Part shown: positions 7,343 through 15,257 of the stretch, piece after piece
Position numbering within the stretch: position 1 is the stretch's first letter
Layout of the letters: each line of letters begins with the position of its first letter
Assembly: GCA_000091165.1 (NCBI GenBank)
Contig: FP565575.1
Coordinates: 120,001-152,000 of the forward strand
DNA length: 32,000 nt
Origin: Candidatus Methylomirabilis oxygeniifera
Lineage (GTDB): Bacteria; Methylomirabilota; Methylomirabilia; Methylomirabilales; Methylomirabilaceae
Reading direction: 5' to 3'
Position numbers and translations under genes: made by a program
The notes under the pieces: model-generated
Seen by the model: only the letters and a program-made list of their open reading frames with translations
Told to the model about the DNA's origin: nothing
The model's database searches: none

Positions 7343-8584
7343 TCACGTATTCTCCATCGACTGCCGGTACCAGGATTGGTCGTACCCCTTCAACTCCACC
7401 TTCTCCGTATCCTTCAGGATATCGAAGGGCGACCTGGATTCCACCATCACAGCGATCTCGTCTCGGAATGGCAGGTCCTTCGGACGAGAAGCCTCCTCCC
7501 GAGCAATATCGGCCAGGAGCCTCAGATCCGGACCGTGGGCCAGACCGGCCGGGTGAAATGTCATGAATCCGTCCGTGATCTCGGGCCGCACGCCGTACGC
7601 CTTGTGGTTGAAGAGGGCCTCATCGACCCAATTGAGATGGTGATACGGCAGGCTGTGGATCCACCGGGGGAGGAAAACCTGCATCGCCATCCCTTCATCC
7701 TCGCTCACGAAGACCGTAAGCTTCTTCGGATCGAGGTGAACGTGTGGCGAGGACAGCGCCACCAGATCGTCGAGGCGCAGGATGAACGGCCACACCTCTC
7801 CCTCCCACGCCACGGCATCAAAGACCGGCGCTGCGTATGTGAGCAACGTGAGGCTGCCCCGCCGTCTTTTGACGACAACCTGTGTGGCCTCATCGTTGCC
7901 GAGCGGCGGATGGAGGGCGGCAAGAGGCGTCGGTTCCGGTGGAATCGGCGCGGCCGGCGAAAAGGGCCAGGGCTGCTGATCCCCCATCCAGTAGTCATAG
8001 GGGCGACACAGCCGTTTCGGAATTTCATAGAGGAGGATGGACACCCTTCCGGTCAAGAGAAACGAATAGGTGGTGCCTCGCGGGAGGAACACGAAATCGC
8101 CCTCCCGAATCTCCTCGATCAGCCCGAAATCGGTAATGAGCCTCAAGGGGTGTTCGGCCAGATGCACAAAATAGAGCTCATGGCAGTCCGCATGACGAGC
8201 GGCCGGTTGCCACTTCCCGGCTTCTCCGAAATCCCCATTACAGACCCGAATGGTGACATCGCTGCTCGAGAGGACAGGGACGAAGGAGCCGAACGTGGCC
8301 ATCTCTGCGACGTGGAAGGCTCGCCTCTGGAGAGGACGATCCTCCCCCATTGGCCGTTCGACGTGCGCTTTGAATAAGGGGTGGTCAGCGGGAATCGTCG
8401 CGCTTTCGACGACGGCGGTTGGAGGGCGTTCCATCAGGAGTTCCGTACCGAACTCAAGCTTGTAGCTCGAAAGGTCTCTCGGAGGGCGGCCGCTCCCGTG
8501 CCAGTCTGCAAGAGCCGTCTGGTAGTCAGACCGGATCCGTCGCTCGGTCCGTGTCAGGTTCATAAGCTTTGGAACGTACTCCAT
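7343..8584 (-). CDS. homogentisate 1,2-dioxygenase-family (cupin) dioxygenase
   Basis: 413 aa. 'SLPYHHLNWVDEALF' and 'FHPAGLAHGP' resemble the HGD Fe-ligand region as I recall it (PYYHRN..SEFMG ... H....PHGP). A GGAGAGGA RBS lies upstream of ATG 8584. Confidence 0.7.
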   Translation of the reverse strand: MEYVPKLMNLTRTERRIRSDYQTALADWHGSGRPPRDLSSYKLEFGTELLMERPPTAVVESATIPADHPLFKAHVERPMGEDRPLQRRAFHVAEMATFGSFVPVLSSSDVTIRVCNGDFGEAGKWQPAARHADCHELYFVHLAEHPLRLITDFGLIEEIREGDFVFLPRGTTYSFLLTGRVSILLYEIPKRLCRPYDYWMGDQQPWPFSPAAPIPPEPTPLAALHPPLGNDEATQVVVKRRRGSLTLLTYAAPVFDAVAWEGEVWPFILRLDDLVALSSPHVHLDPKKLTVFVSEDEGMAMQVFLPRWIHSLPYHHLNWVDEALFNHKAYGVRPEITDGFMTFHPAGLAHGPDLRLLADIAREEASRPKDLPFRDEIAVMVESRSPFDILKDTEKVELKGYDQSWYRQSMENT

Positions 8585-8612
8585 CGTCGTCTATCCTCTC
8601 CGCACACGCATC

Positions 8613-9296
8613 TCATTCTGTGAACGGGTCCCAGTCCGGCGGAATGGCGTCGAAGTCGAGGATCCAGATCGATTTGCCGGCCTCCTGGAGTTCCTCCAGG
8701 CACCGATACAGCGCCTGGACTGTGGCATGGTGGAAATGAGTAGGATCGCGTTCAAACAGGTCGAGGCGTTGATTGAGCTCGAGGAAGGGGCCGGCCGCCG
8801 GGTTCGGCGAGCGGAAGAGCGAGCCTGTGAACATCTGCAGGAGCCGGCTCCGATCATCATACAGGATGGGCGTGGTATAACGGACCCCCAACCGCTCCGT
8901 AATCCGACGATACGCTTCGATCGATCCTCCCTCGATACGGAGTGCGATGTGCTGGATCCCTTCCCCACAGCACTTGATGATGTGTGAGACCTGCGACTCG
9001 CCCCCCCGGTCGATGCCCTCCACCGGGGCGATATAGCCGGCTCCCGGCATCTCACCGAGCTGGATAGCGACCGTCTTCATGCTGGAAGGGGCTGCTGGAT
9101 CATTGACATCGTGGCTCTTGTAGGTCACCTGACCTCCCTGGAGTGCGCGCATGAACAGATAGGCGGTCTCCCGGAGGCTCTGTGTCGCGAGCGCCGCATG
9201 ATCGAGCTTCAACGTGAATGCGCCCCACAGTTCTGCCAGGAGGAGATCCCGTTCCGCCTCGCTCAAGCCGCCTGGCCCGCGCTGCGCTTTATCCAT
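8613..9296 (-). CDS. single-module 4-hydroxyphenylpyruvate dioxygenase-like (VOC superfamily) protein
   Basis: 227 aa. 'KLDHAAL', 'GIQHIALRI', 'LLQMFT' and 'FLELNQR' parallel the HPPD C-terminal-domain motifs (IDH.., G.QHIAL, LLQIFT, FFE.IQR), including candidate His/His/Glu ligands. The N-terminal HPPD domain is missing. An AAGGAG RBS overlaps the end of the upstream gene. Confidence 0.6.
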   Translation of the reverse strand: MDKAQRGPGGLSEAERDLLLAELWGAFTLKLDHAALATQSLRETAYLFMRALQGGQVTYKSHDVNDPAAPSSMKTVAIQLGEMPGAGYIAPVEGIDRGGESQVSHIIKCCGEGIQHIALRIEGGSIEAYRRITERLGVRYTTPILYDDRSRLLQMFTGSLFRSPNPAAGPFLELNQRLDLFERDPTHFHHATVQALYRCLEELQEAGKSIWILDFDAIPPDWDPFTE

Positions 9297-9300
9297 TCGT

Positions 9301-10062
9301 CTAACTCCTTCGGGTAAAGCTGTTCTTCAGGATTCCGATCCCCTCGACCTCCATCTCTATGGTGTCTACCGTATCGCCATCGACAAGCCAAGGGTACTGC
9401 CTCAAGGTCTCGGCGATGGAGCCGCCGGCGAACGTCCCGGACCCGACGAGTGTTCCGGCTTCGAGAATTAAGGGTTGTTGGGAGAGGTAGGCGCAGATTT
9501 TCGGAAAGGTCCACAACGTCGAGTCGGTACACGCCTGGGCTTCCAGACGAACCTCGCCGTTTACCCGTAGGACGATGTAAGGGTTTCGCTTCGCGAACTC
9601 CGCATACGGTACAAACCGTGGACCCAGCACCTTCCCGAGGATCGACTTACTCCGCGCGGGGCCAAGCCCGAGTTGAACGTCCTCGGCCTGAAGACACCGA
9701 CAGGACAGATCGTTGAGGATGGTCACGCGGCCATGCGCCTGCAGAAACTTCTCCGCCTCTGCTTCAGTCCATCCTTCTTGTGTTCCCTGATCGAGCAGGA
9801 GCGCGACTTCGAACTCATAGTCCGGTTTTCGAATCGAGCGTGGGATGCACACCTTCTCACCGGAGTCGTGGATCTCGTGCCGGCCAAGGGCGAGCGCGTA
9901 ATACGCCCACCGTACCCTGCGGAGCTCAAGACTTTTTTGAATCTCTTCCTCGCTGCGTCCCGAACTCCTACCCATGCCGATGATGTGTCTGGCATCGGAG
10001 ACGCCGTCCAGGAACCGGACCGGATAGGTGAGATAGTCCTTGATCGAGGCAGCGGTGGTCAT
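9301..10062 (-). CDS. fumarylacetoacetate hydrolase (FAH) family protein
   Basis: 'PDYEFEVALLL', 'ILNDLSCRCLQ', 'LRVNGEVRLEA' and 'LILEAGTLVGSGTFAGG' follow the FAH-family pattern. ATG 10062 overlaps the upstream stop (ATGA). The Arg-rich 84-aa extension in the track ORF is discarded. Confidence 0.8.
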   Translation of the reverse strand: MTTAASIKDYLTYPVRFLDGVSDARHIIGMGRSSGRSEEEIQKSLELRRVRWAYYALALGRHEIHDSGEKVCIPRSIRKPDYEFEVALLLDQGTQEGWTEAEAEKFLQAHGRVTILNDLSCRCLQAEDVQLGLGPARSKSILGKVLGPRFVPYAEFAKRNPYIVLRVNGEVRLEAQACTDSTLWTFPKICAYLSQQPLILEAGTLVGSGTFAGGSIAETLRQYPWLVDGDTVDTIEMEVEGIGILKNSFTRRS

Positions 10063-10748
10063 GCTCGTCCCCCACTCAGGCGAGCGATGATCTCCGCGCT
10101 CGCCTCTTGCCAGGGACGCAGTCGGGGCGCATTCGCGGGGCAGGCATCCGGGCTGTGATTCGTGACGGCGACGTGGAACGCGATGTACAGGTTGTCGGGA
10201 AATTTGCGTCGAAGCTCCTCGTTGAGTGACGAGGTCCCAAGGGCGATCGCGGCTGTGCCGATGACCTTGCCGCCGCTCTGAGCGGCCGCGTCCGGCAGGC
10301 GAAATCCGATACACCGACCGCCGGTCAAACTGGTCAGATTGAACGTCAACACCGTTGCTTCGGCAGGAAAGTTTCCCTCGATGGTGTCGCCGAATCGCCC
10401 GCTGGGCTTGGTCTCGAGGTAGACCGGCCTGGCATCGACAGCTCTCGACAGCTTCTCGACGAAGCGCCGGACCGGATCAGTCCCCGGAGCGAAAATGACG
10501 TGAGGCCGAAGGCCCTTCGCCGTCATCCATCGCGCGACATCTTCGACGAGCCATGAAGCAAATTCCGGGAACTGAACGATCGCCTCGGTGGAGAAGTAGG
10601 CTTCGAGATGCACCTGTGGTCCATCATAATCAGAGGGGTACGCCAGATGCTGTCCGGTGGAGAACGGATTTGCCTCCTTGATGATCCTGCTCGTTCGCTC
10701 TGCATCAAAGGTCGGCGATACGAGCGTCACACCTTCAGCGATCCTCAT
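10059..10748 (-). CDS. hypothetical protein, possibly PRTase-like fold
   Basis: 'HVIFAPGTDPVRRFVEKLS' and 'ATVLTFNLTSLTGGR' resemble the type-I phosphoribosyltransferase core and PRPP loop, but the acidic pair is replaced by F-N. ATG 10748 has a GGGGA RBS. An alternative TTG at 10772 would overlap the upstream stop. Confidence 0.5.
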   Translation of the reverse strand: MRIAEGVTLVSPTFDAERTSRIIKEANPFSTGQHLAYPSDYDGPQVHLEAYFSTEAIVQFPEFASWLVEDVARWMTAKGLRPHVIFAPGTDPVRRFVEKLSRAVDARPVYLETKPSGRFGDTIEGNFPAEATVLTFNLTSLTGGRCIGFRLPDAAAQSGGKVIGTAAIALGTSSLNEELRRKFPDNLYIAFHVAVTNHSPDACPANAPRLRPWQEASAEIIARLSGGRA

Positions 10749-10768
10749 CGAAGAATCCCCAGTGTCCG

Positions 10769-11578
10769 TCAAGCGAGCGCCTTTCTGGCCGAGTTGAGCC
10801 CGTCCCAGAAAATATAGAGGGCATCAAGCGCTCGTCGCCCGCCCTCTATGAACTTGTCTTCATCGAACTTGGGGTGAGAGAAGGTCTCCCGAAGCTCGCC
10901 GTACACGTTCTCCCCATGCCCCGTTTCAAGCTCGAAGTGATGCTCGAAAAAGCCGAGAGGGACCGGCTCCAGGCCATATGCCAGACGCTGTGTTTCATTG
11001 TAGCCCTTCAGTCCGATAATGAGCTGCTTCCAGAAATTTCTGGACTCCGCTTCCTCGCCTTTCCCGATTCCCCACGCCGCCCACGTCTCGATTCCGTAAC
11101 TGGCGCCGCCGGCAAGCCGCCAGTCGAGGCTTCCATACGCCTTCTCAAGTTCAACCAGAAAGCGCCGTGTCGGTGGGGTGGCGGTTCTCCAGTTGCCGAG
11201 CCGTTCCGGATCCAGTTTCAGTGGCGCGCACGTCTCGCGCAACCACTCGATATGGGCCCACTCCGTTCTGAACGGCTGGTTCTCCGGGCTCTTATCCGGG
11301 CCAAGTCTCACGCCGCATTCGTTCACCAGGATGTGGCGCGCCAGCTTTTCGCTTTCAAGGTTGGTTGCGCGGGCGACTCGCTTGGCTTGTATCGGGACGA
11401 AATGCTTGGAAAAGACTGCGAACTGTTCAAGGAAATGGATGACTTGATCGGTATTGGCTTTCCCGCGGCTGAACCAGGCACAGAACCTGTTGTTCCTGAT
11501 CGCTTGATGCCGATGAATCTTCAGTTCGACCTTCTTCCAAAAGGCATCAAATCGCTTGTGTCGGCCACCGCTCTGCAT
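10769..11578 (-). CDS. heme-oxygenase-like fold, putative diiron redox enzyme (PqqC/TenA/CADD-like)
   Basis: 269 aa, all-helical, with Glu/His-rich helices ('FLEQFAVFSKHF', 'VNECGV', 'EWAHIEWL', 'YGIETWAA', 'FFEHHFELETGHGE') as in iron-containing redox enzyme family proteins. A GGAGAAGG RBS precedes ATG 11578. Confidence 0.6.
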   Translation of the reverse strand: MQSGGRHKRFDAFWKKVELKIHRHQAIRNNRFCAWFSRGKANTDQVIHFLEQFAVFSKHFVPIQAKRVARATNLESEKLARHILVNECGVRLGPDKSPENQPFRTEWAHIEWLRETCAPLKLDPERLGNWRTATPPTRRFLVELEKAYGSLDWRLAGGASYGIETWAAWGIGKGEEAESRNFWKQLIIGLKGYNETQRLAYGLEPVPLGFFEHHFELETGHGENVYGELRETFSHPKFDEDKFIEGGRRALDALYIFWDGLNSARKALA

Positions 11579-11675
11579 GGCGCCTTCTCCGACATGAGGA
11601 GATCAATGGCGGTGATGAGGAGCCCACCAAGGATCAGGATAAGATATTATAAACGGCTGTGTTATAACTACTTGT

Positions 11676-11704
11676 AATCTAATCTGTTCCCATCAGTACG
11701 TCAA
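11676..11704 (-). promoter_or_regulatory. sigma-70-type promoter candidate for the five-gene operon
   Basis: On the minus strand: TTGACG (11704-11699), 17-nt spacer, TAGATT (11681-11676). A TTATAA-N9-TTATAA dyad (11647-11667) lies just downstream. Confidence 0.3.
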
Positions 11705-11716
11705 GGAGCTATGCTC

Positions 11717-11793
11717 TCTGACACGACGATGATCTACACCCACGTATTGAATCTGGGCGAACGGGAGTCAATAGCCCGGTTGATCGGCTATAG
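11717..11793 (+). pseudogene. tyrosine recombinase (integron-integrase/Xer-like) 3' remnant, frameshifted
   Basis: Reads 'SDTTMIYTHVLN' (11717-11752). After a 2-nt offset it reads 'GRTGVNSPVDRL*' (11755-11793). Together these match the conserved C-terminus '..TTMIYTHVLN.GG.GV.SP.D.L', including the catalytic Tyr. Nothing upstream resembles the rest of the enzyme. Confidence 0.6.
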
Positions 11794-12009
11794 GGCGACC
11801 AGGATAGGCCGCCAAAGCTGGCAGCGTTTGTCGGCCAGAATAGTCTTGACCGCTTGGGGTACGTGTGGGATATAGCGAACAAATTCGTCGTTGAGAAGTG
11901 GAGCCGTCTTGGGCGATAGGCCGCCGGTCTTTGTCGGCTTCTAAAGCGGCTCACTTATAGTTCGGCGGCGACTTGTCCGCGGTTATCCTCTATGGGATAA
12001 TGTTGGTCG

Positions 12010-12243
12010 ATGCACTTCGAGATCATTGGCTCGATCACCGACGTCGAAACAATCGCGGCAGGCGGCAGCGTCCGCATACTGCCAGTGCTCCGCAAGCAAT
12101 ACGGTTCAGGCCACTGGAGAAAACTGAAAGGCATTGCCACGGTTCGCCTGACCGATCGAACAATGCGGCTGGCCGAAGTGCATTGGTTTGAAGCACATGG
12201 TATCGGCAAACGGAAAATGCGCATCAAGCGTTTCTTGGACTGA
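12010..12243 (+). CDS. small conserved hypothetical protein
   Basis: 77 aa, 'FEIIGSI..VETIAAGGSVR...LRKQYGSGHWRKLKGIATVRL...AEVHWFEAHGIGKRKMRIK'. I recognise this as a recurrent small-protein family in environmental genomes, of unknown function. Its stop lies 3 nt before the next ORF. Confidence 0.5.
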   Translation: MHFEIIGSITDVETIAAGGSVRILPVLRKQYGSGHWRKLKGIATVRLTDRTMRLAEVHWFEAHGIGKRKMRIKRFLD

Positions 12244-12246
12244 GCT

Positions 12247-12549
12247 ATGACCACTAAACTTCAAAAGCCACGGCAGCGATTCGCCATCTGCATCAACACC
12301 GACGACGCGGATTTGTTGACACCCCGGATGGTTTATCAAGTCTTGCCGGACGAGAGCGCGGCCAAATCGGACTACATTCGGGTCATTGATAACGAAGGCG
12401 AGGATTACTTGTATCCGGCCCGGTATTTCGTGCTCGTCGATTTTCCACAGCCGGTGAAGCGCGCGCTATTACGCACGCGGGCGCCGGTCATGCGCAGCGT
12501 AGCTACTGAACGTAGTCGCGTAACCTCCGCGCAGCGGAAAAACCTTTAA
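12247..12549 (+). CDS. small conserved hypothetical protein (partner of 12010-12243)
   Basis: 100 aa, 'FAICINTDDADLLTPRMVYQVLPDESAAKSDYIRVIDNEGEDYLYPARYFVLVDFPQPVKRAL'. This family is typically found adjacent to the preceding one. Confidence 0.5.
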   Translation: MTTKLQKPRQRFAICINTDDADLLTPRMVYQVLPDESAAKSDYIRVIDNEGEDYLYPARYFVLVDFPQPVKRALLRTRAPVMRSVATERSRVTSAQRKNL

Positions 12550-12903
12550 CGTCTGGTCGCCCAACGCGCGGTTACGGCTGTCCCCCGACCGTGCTACCCA
12601 TCAAGGTCATCGGTGCGCGTGGGCAATTGGCCCGCCATAGTTCGTCTCATTGAGGTAGTCTTAGGGTAAAAGTCGTTTGAATCCAGATTGCGTGAAGTGC
12701 TTATCGAAGGTAAAAGCCCATCGGCCGCGAAGGCGCTCCATCACCACTCTGGTCGCGGGAAAACAGCTTGCCCCCGGTTGCCCTTCGCGCTAAATTATGA
12801 GTGTGCATGCCGGATCTTGACTGTGACTGGGGGCGGCATCGGGTGGTGGGCGGCGTAAGGGCTTAGTCAGTAGTGGTGGGGGTGAGAAACCCAATACAAT
12901 ACC

Positions 12904-12943
12904 AAGAGCAGGAAGCCGTGAGGCGACCTGCTCTTATTGTTTT
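12904..12943 (+). promoter_or_regulatory. terminator-like hairpin immediately upstream of the aldehyde dehydrogenase RBS
   Basis: 9-bp stem aagagcagg (12904-12912) / cctgctctt (12927-12935) with a 14-nt loop, followed by aTTgTTTT. A GAGGAGG RBS lies at 12944-12950 and the ATG at 12958. Confidence 0.4.
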
Positions 12944-12957
12944 GAGGAGGTAGGCCG

Positions 12958-14448
12958 ATGGACGGGAAGAACTATATCGCAGGGAGATGGGTAGAGGCGG
13001 TCGGAGGAGCCAGATTTGAAAGTCGTAATCCCGCCAGATTTGGTCAGGTGCTCGGGACTGTGGCCTTGTCGAATCGGGAGGATGCGGAGCAGGCGGTTGT
13101 GGCCGCGAAGACGGCTTTTGCCGGCTGGCGTGCGCTGTCGCGAATAAAAAGGGGGGAGTATCTCGATCGATTCATCGATGCGATCAAGGTCCAGGTCGAC
13201 GAGATCACAAGCTTTGTGGCATCGGAGGCCGGCAAGGCGTATAACGAGGCCAAAGCCGATGTCGTTGAAGGGATCCATATGGCGCAGTATATGTTCGGCC
13301 ACGCGCGGCTCCCTTCCGGTCAGGCCCTTCCCTCGGAGCTTGCCGAGAAGGACGCGTATATGTTCCGCAAGCCGAAAGGGGTGGTGACGGTGATCAGTCC
13401 CTGGAATTTCCCCTTCGCGATTCCCATCTGGCTGATCACCCCGGCCTTGCTCGAAGGGAATACGGTGGTTTTCAAACCGTCCGGGAACACCCCGTTGGTG
13501 GGGGAGAAGATCGTTGAGTGCTTTGAACGGGCCGAGCTTCCGCCTGGTGTTCTGAACCTCGTCCAGGGCACCGGAGGGGATGCTGGGTGGCCTCTGGTGA
13601 CCCATCCCGACGTCGAGGTCGTCCTCTTTACCGGCTCATATGAGGTAGGATCACGGATCAAGGAGGCGTGCGTCAAGGACTATCGGAAGATGTATGCCTG
13701 CGAGATGGGCGGGAAGAATGCGATGATCGTCTGCCAGGACGCCGACCTTGATCTGGCCGTCCGGGCCGCGATTCTCAGCGCCTTTAAGACGACCGGCCAG
13801 CGCTGTACCTCGGCCTCTCGCCTCATCATCCATGAGAGTCGGATGGAGGAGTTCGCGAAGGCCTTTGTCGCTATGGCACGGCGGATTGTCATTGGCGATC
13901 CCCTCGATCCTCAGGTCTTCATGGGCCCGCTCATTAACGAGGCGGCGATGAAGAAGGTCGGCTCTTATAATCTGCTGGCGAAGCAGGAAGGGGCTGAGGT
14001 GCTCCTGGATGGCGGGCGCCTGGAGGAAGGGGCCTATCGGGACGGCTACTTCTTCAGCCCCTTCATCTATCGCATGGCGCATCGGAAAGATGCCCGGGTA
14101 CTCCACGAGGAGGTCTTTGGACCCCACGTGGCTCTGATCCCCTTCCAAACGCTGGACGAGGCCGTGGCCATCCACAACGGTGTGGAGTATGGCCTGGCCT
14201 GCTCCGTGATCACCGAAGATTATCGGATCGCCCGTCGTCTTCGGGAGGAATGCGAGTTCGGTGTTGGGTATTGGAATCTGCCCACCATCGGCGCCGAGGT
14301 ACACCTGCCGTTCGGCGGACTGAAGAAGAGCGGGACGGGTGTTCCGGCGTCCTGGCCTTTGCTGGATCTCGTGACGCACAAGGTGGCATGGACGGTCAAT
14401 CATGGTCGCGAGATCAGGATGGCGCAAGGTCTGAGCACCGAGGTGTAG
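12958..14448 (+). CDS. NAD(P)-dependent aldehyde dehydrogenase family protein
   Basis: 496 aa. It has 'ISPWNFPF', 'FKPS', 'FTGSYEVGSRI', the catalytic Glu in 'EMGGKNAMIV' and the catalytic Cys in 'GQRCTSASRL'. Confidence 0.9.
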   Translation: MDGKNYIAGRWVEAVGGARFESRNPARFGQVLGTVALSNREDAEQAVVAAKTAFAGWRALSRIKRGEYLDRFIDAIKVQVDEITSFVASEAGKAYNEAKADVVEGIHMAQYMFGHARLPSGQALPSELAEKDAYMFRKPKGVVTVISPWNFPFAIPIWLITPALLEGNTVVFKPSGNTPLVGEKIVECFERAELPPGVLNLVQGTGGDAGWPLVTHPDVEVVLFTGSYEVGSRIKEACVKDYRKMYACEMGGKNAMIVCQDADLDLAVRAAILSAFKTTGQRCTSASRLIIHESRMEEFAKAFVAMARRIVIGDPLDPQVFMGPLINEAAMKKVGSYNLLAKQEGAEVLLDGGRLEEGAYRDGYFFSPFIYRMAHRKDARVLHEEVFGPHVALIPFQTLDEAVAIHNGVEYGLACSVITEDYRIARRLREECEFGVGYWNLPTIGAEVHLPFGGLKKSGTGVPASWPLLDLVTHKVAWTVNHGREIRMAQGLSTEV

Positions 14449-14450
14449 CC

Positions 14451-15257
14451 ATGACCCGGCTGCTGATGTGTCATCCCGACTATTACGGGATTTACTACGA
14501 GATCAACCCCTGGATGGATCGAAGGCGCCAGGCGGACCGGGCAGTTGCCATACGGCAGTGGGAGGCGTTGTATCGACTGCTCACTGAAACATTAGGGGTC
14601 CGGGTGGAGTTGCTGCCGTCTGTTCCTGGGCTGCCTGATCTTTGCTTTACCGCGAACGCCGGACTTCTGATGAGCAGCCTGTTCGTGAGCAGTCGTTTCC
14701 GATATCATGAGCGTGAGGCGGAAGTTCCTCATGTTACACAGTGGTTTGCAGAGCGGAATTACAGGGTCGCATGTCTTCCTGAACCCGTCTTCTTTGAGGG
14801 GGAGGGGGATGCGCTGTTTTGCGGGAATGACCTGTTCTCCGGGTATCGCTTTCGTTCGGAGCTGCAGGCCCATCACCTGCTCGCGGAGCTTTTTGGGCTG
14901 CACGTTTATTCCCTGGAGCTGACCGATCCATGGTTTTACCACCTGGATACCTGTTTCTGTCCGCTCCAGCCAGGCCGGGCAGCGTACTATCCGGAGGCGT
15001 TCAGCCCAGCCTCGCAGCGGCTTTTGAAAGAGACGACCCCAGAGCTCTTCCCGGTGACGGCGGCAGAGGCCAAACGGTTGGCCTGCAATGCGCTGGTCAT
15101 CGGACAGTCGGTGATCCTCAATGCCGGCTGCCCCCATCTGGCTCGGACGCTCAGCGAGGCCGGGTATCAGGTTCACGAGGTCGAGACGACGGAGTTTCTT
15201 AAGGCCGGAGGCGGGCCCAAGTGCCTGACCCTCTTTCTTGAACGGGATGGATTATGA
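14451..15257 (+). CDS. guanidino-group-modifying enzyme (amidinotransferase/DDAH/arginine-dihydrolase-like)
   Basis: 268 aa from ATG 14451, 2 nt after the ALDH stop. It starts 'LLMCHPDYYGIYYEINPWMD' and ends 'GGGPKCLTL', with a near-C-terminal Cys positioned as the catalytic residue of this superfamily. The upstream 67 aa of the track ORF overlap the ALDH. Confidence 0.75.
   Translation: MTRLLMCHPDYYGIYYEINPWMDRRRQADRAVAIRQWEALYRLLTETLGVRVELLPSVPGLPDLCFTANAGLLMSSLFVSSRFRYHEREAEVPHVTQWFAERNYRVACLPEPVFFEGEGDALFCGNDLFSGYRFRSELQAHHLLAELFGLHVYSLELTDPWFYHLDTCFCPLQPGRAAYYPEAFSPASQRLLKETTPELFPVTAAEAKRLACNALVIGQSVILNAGCPHLARTLSEAGYQVHEVETTEFLKAGGGPKCLTLFLERDGL

Noticed and set aside
7307-8377. 356-aa plus-strand ORF opposite the HGD-family gene
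   Set aside because: It is an antisense shadow ORF with an Arg-rich sequence lacking motifs. The minus-strand frame carries the dioxygenase motifs and an RBS.
10874-11677. 267-aa plus-strand ORF opposite the heme-oxygenase-like gene
   Set aside because: It is an antisense shadow ORF with no motifs. It is incompatible with the tightly coupled minus-strand operon.
11709-12254. Minus-strand ORFs 11709-11954 and 11955-12254
   Set aside because: They have no motifs or RBS and overlap the plus-strand recombinase remnant and the conserved small ORF. They are judged spurious.
11579-12957. Possibility that the recombinase remnant marks an integron with attC cassettes
   Set aside because: The remnant is co-oriented with the small ORFs rather than divergent from them. 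I could not find attC-like imperfect inverted repeats with GTTRRRY cores. The GTTATAAC near 11661 does not fit the core consensus.
12780-12957. Guanidine or other riboswitch upstream of the ALDH/guanidino-enzyme operon
   Set aside because: No ykkC, mini-ykkC (paired ACGR loops) or ykkC-III-like conserved segments were recognisable by eye. Only a generic hairpin plus T-run is present.
12934-14427. Two long minus-strand ORFs (12934-13605, 13651-14427) opposite the ALDH gene
   Set aside because: These are shadow ORFs. The plus strand encodes the complete ALDH catalytic motifs.
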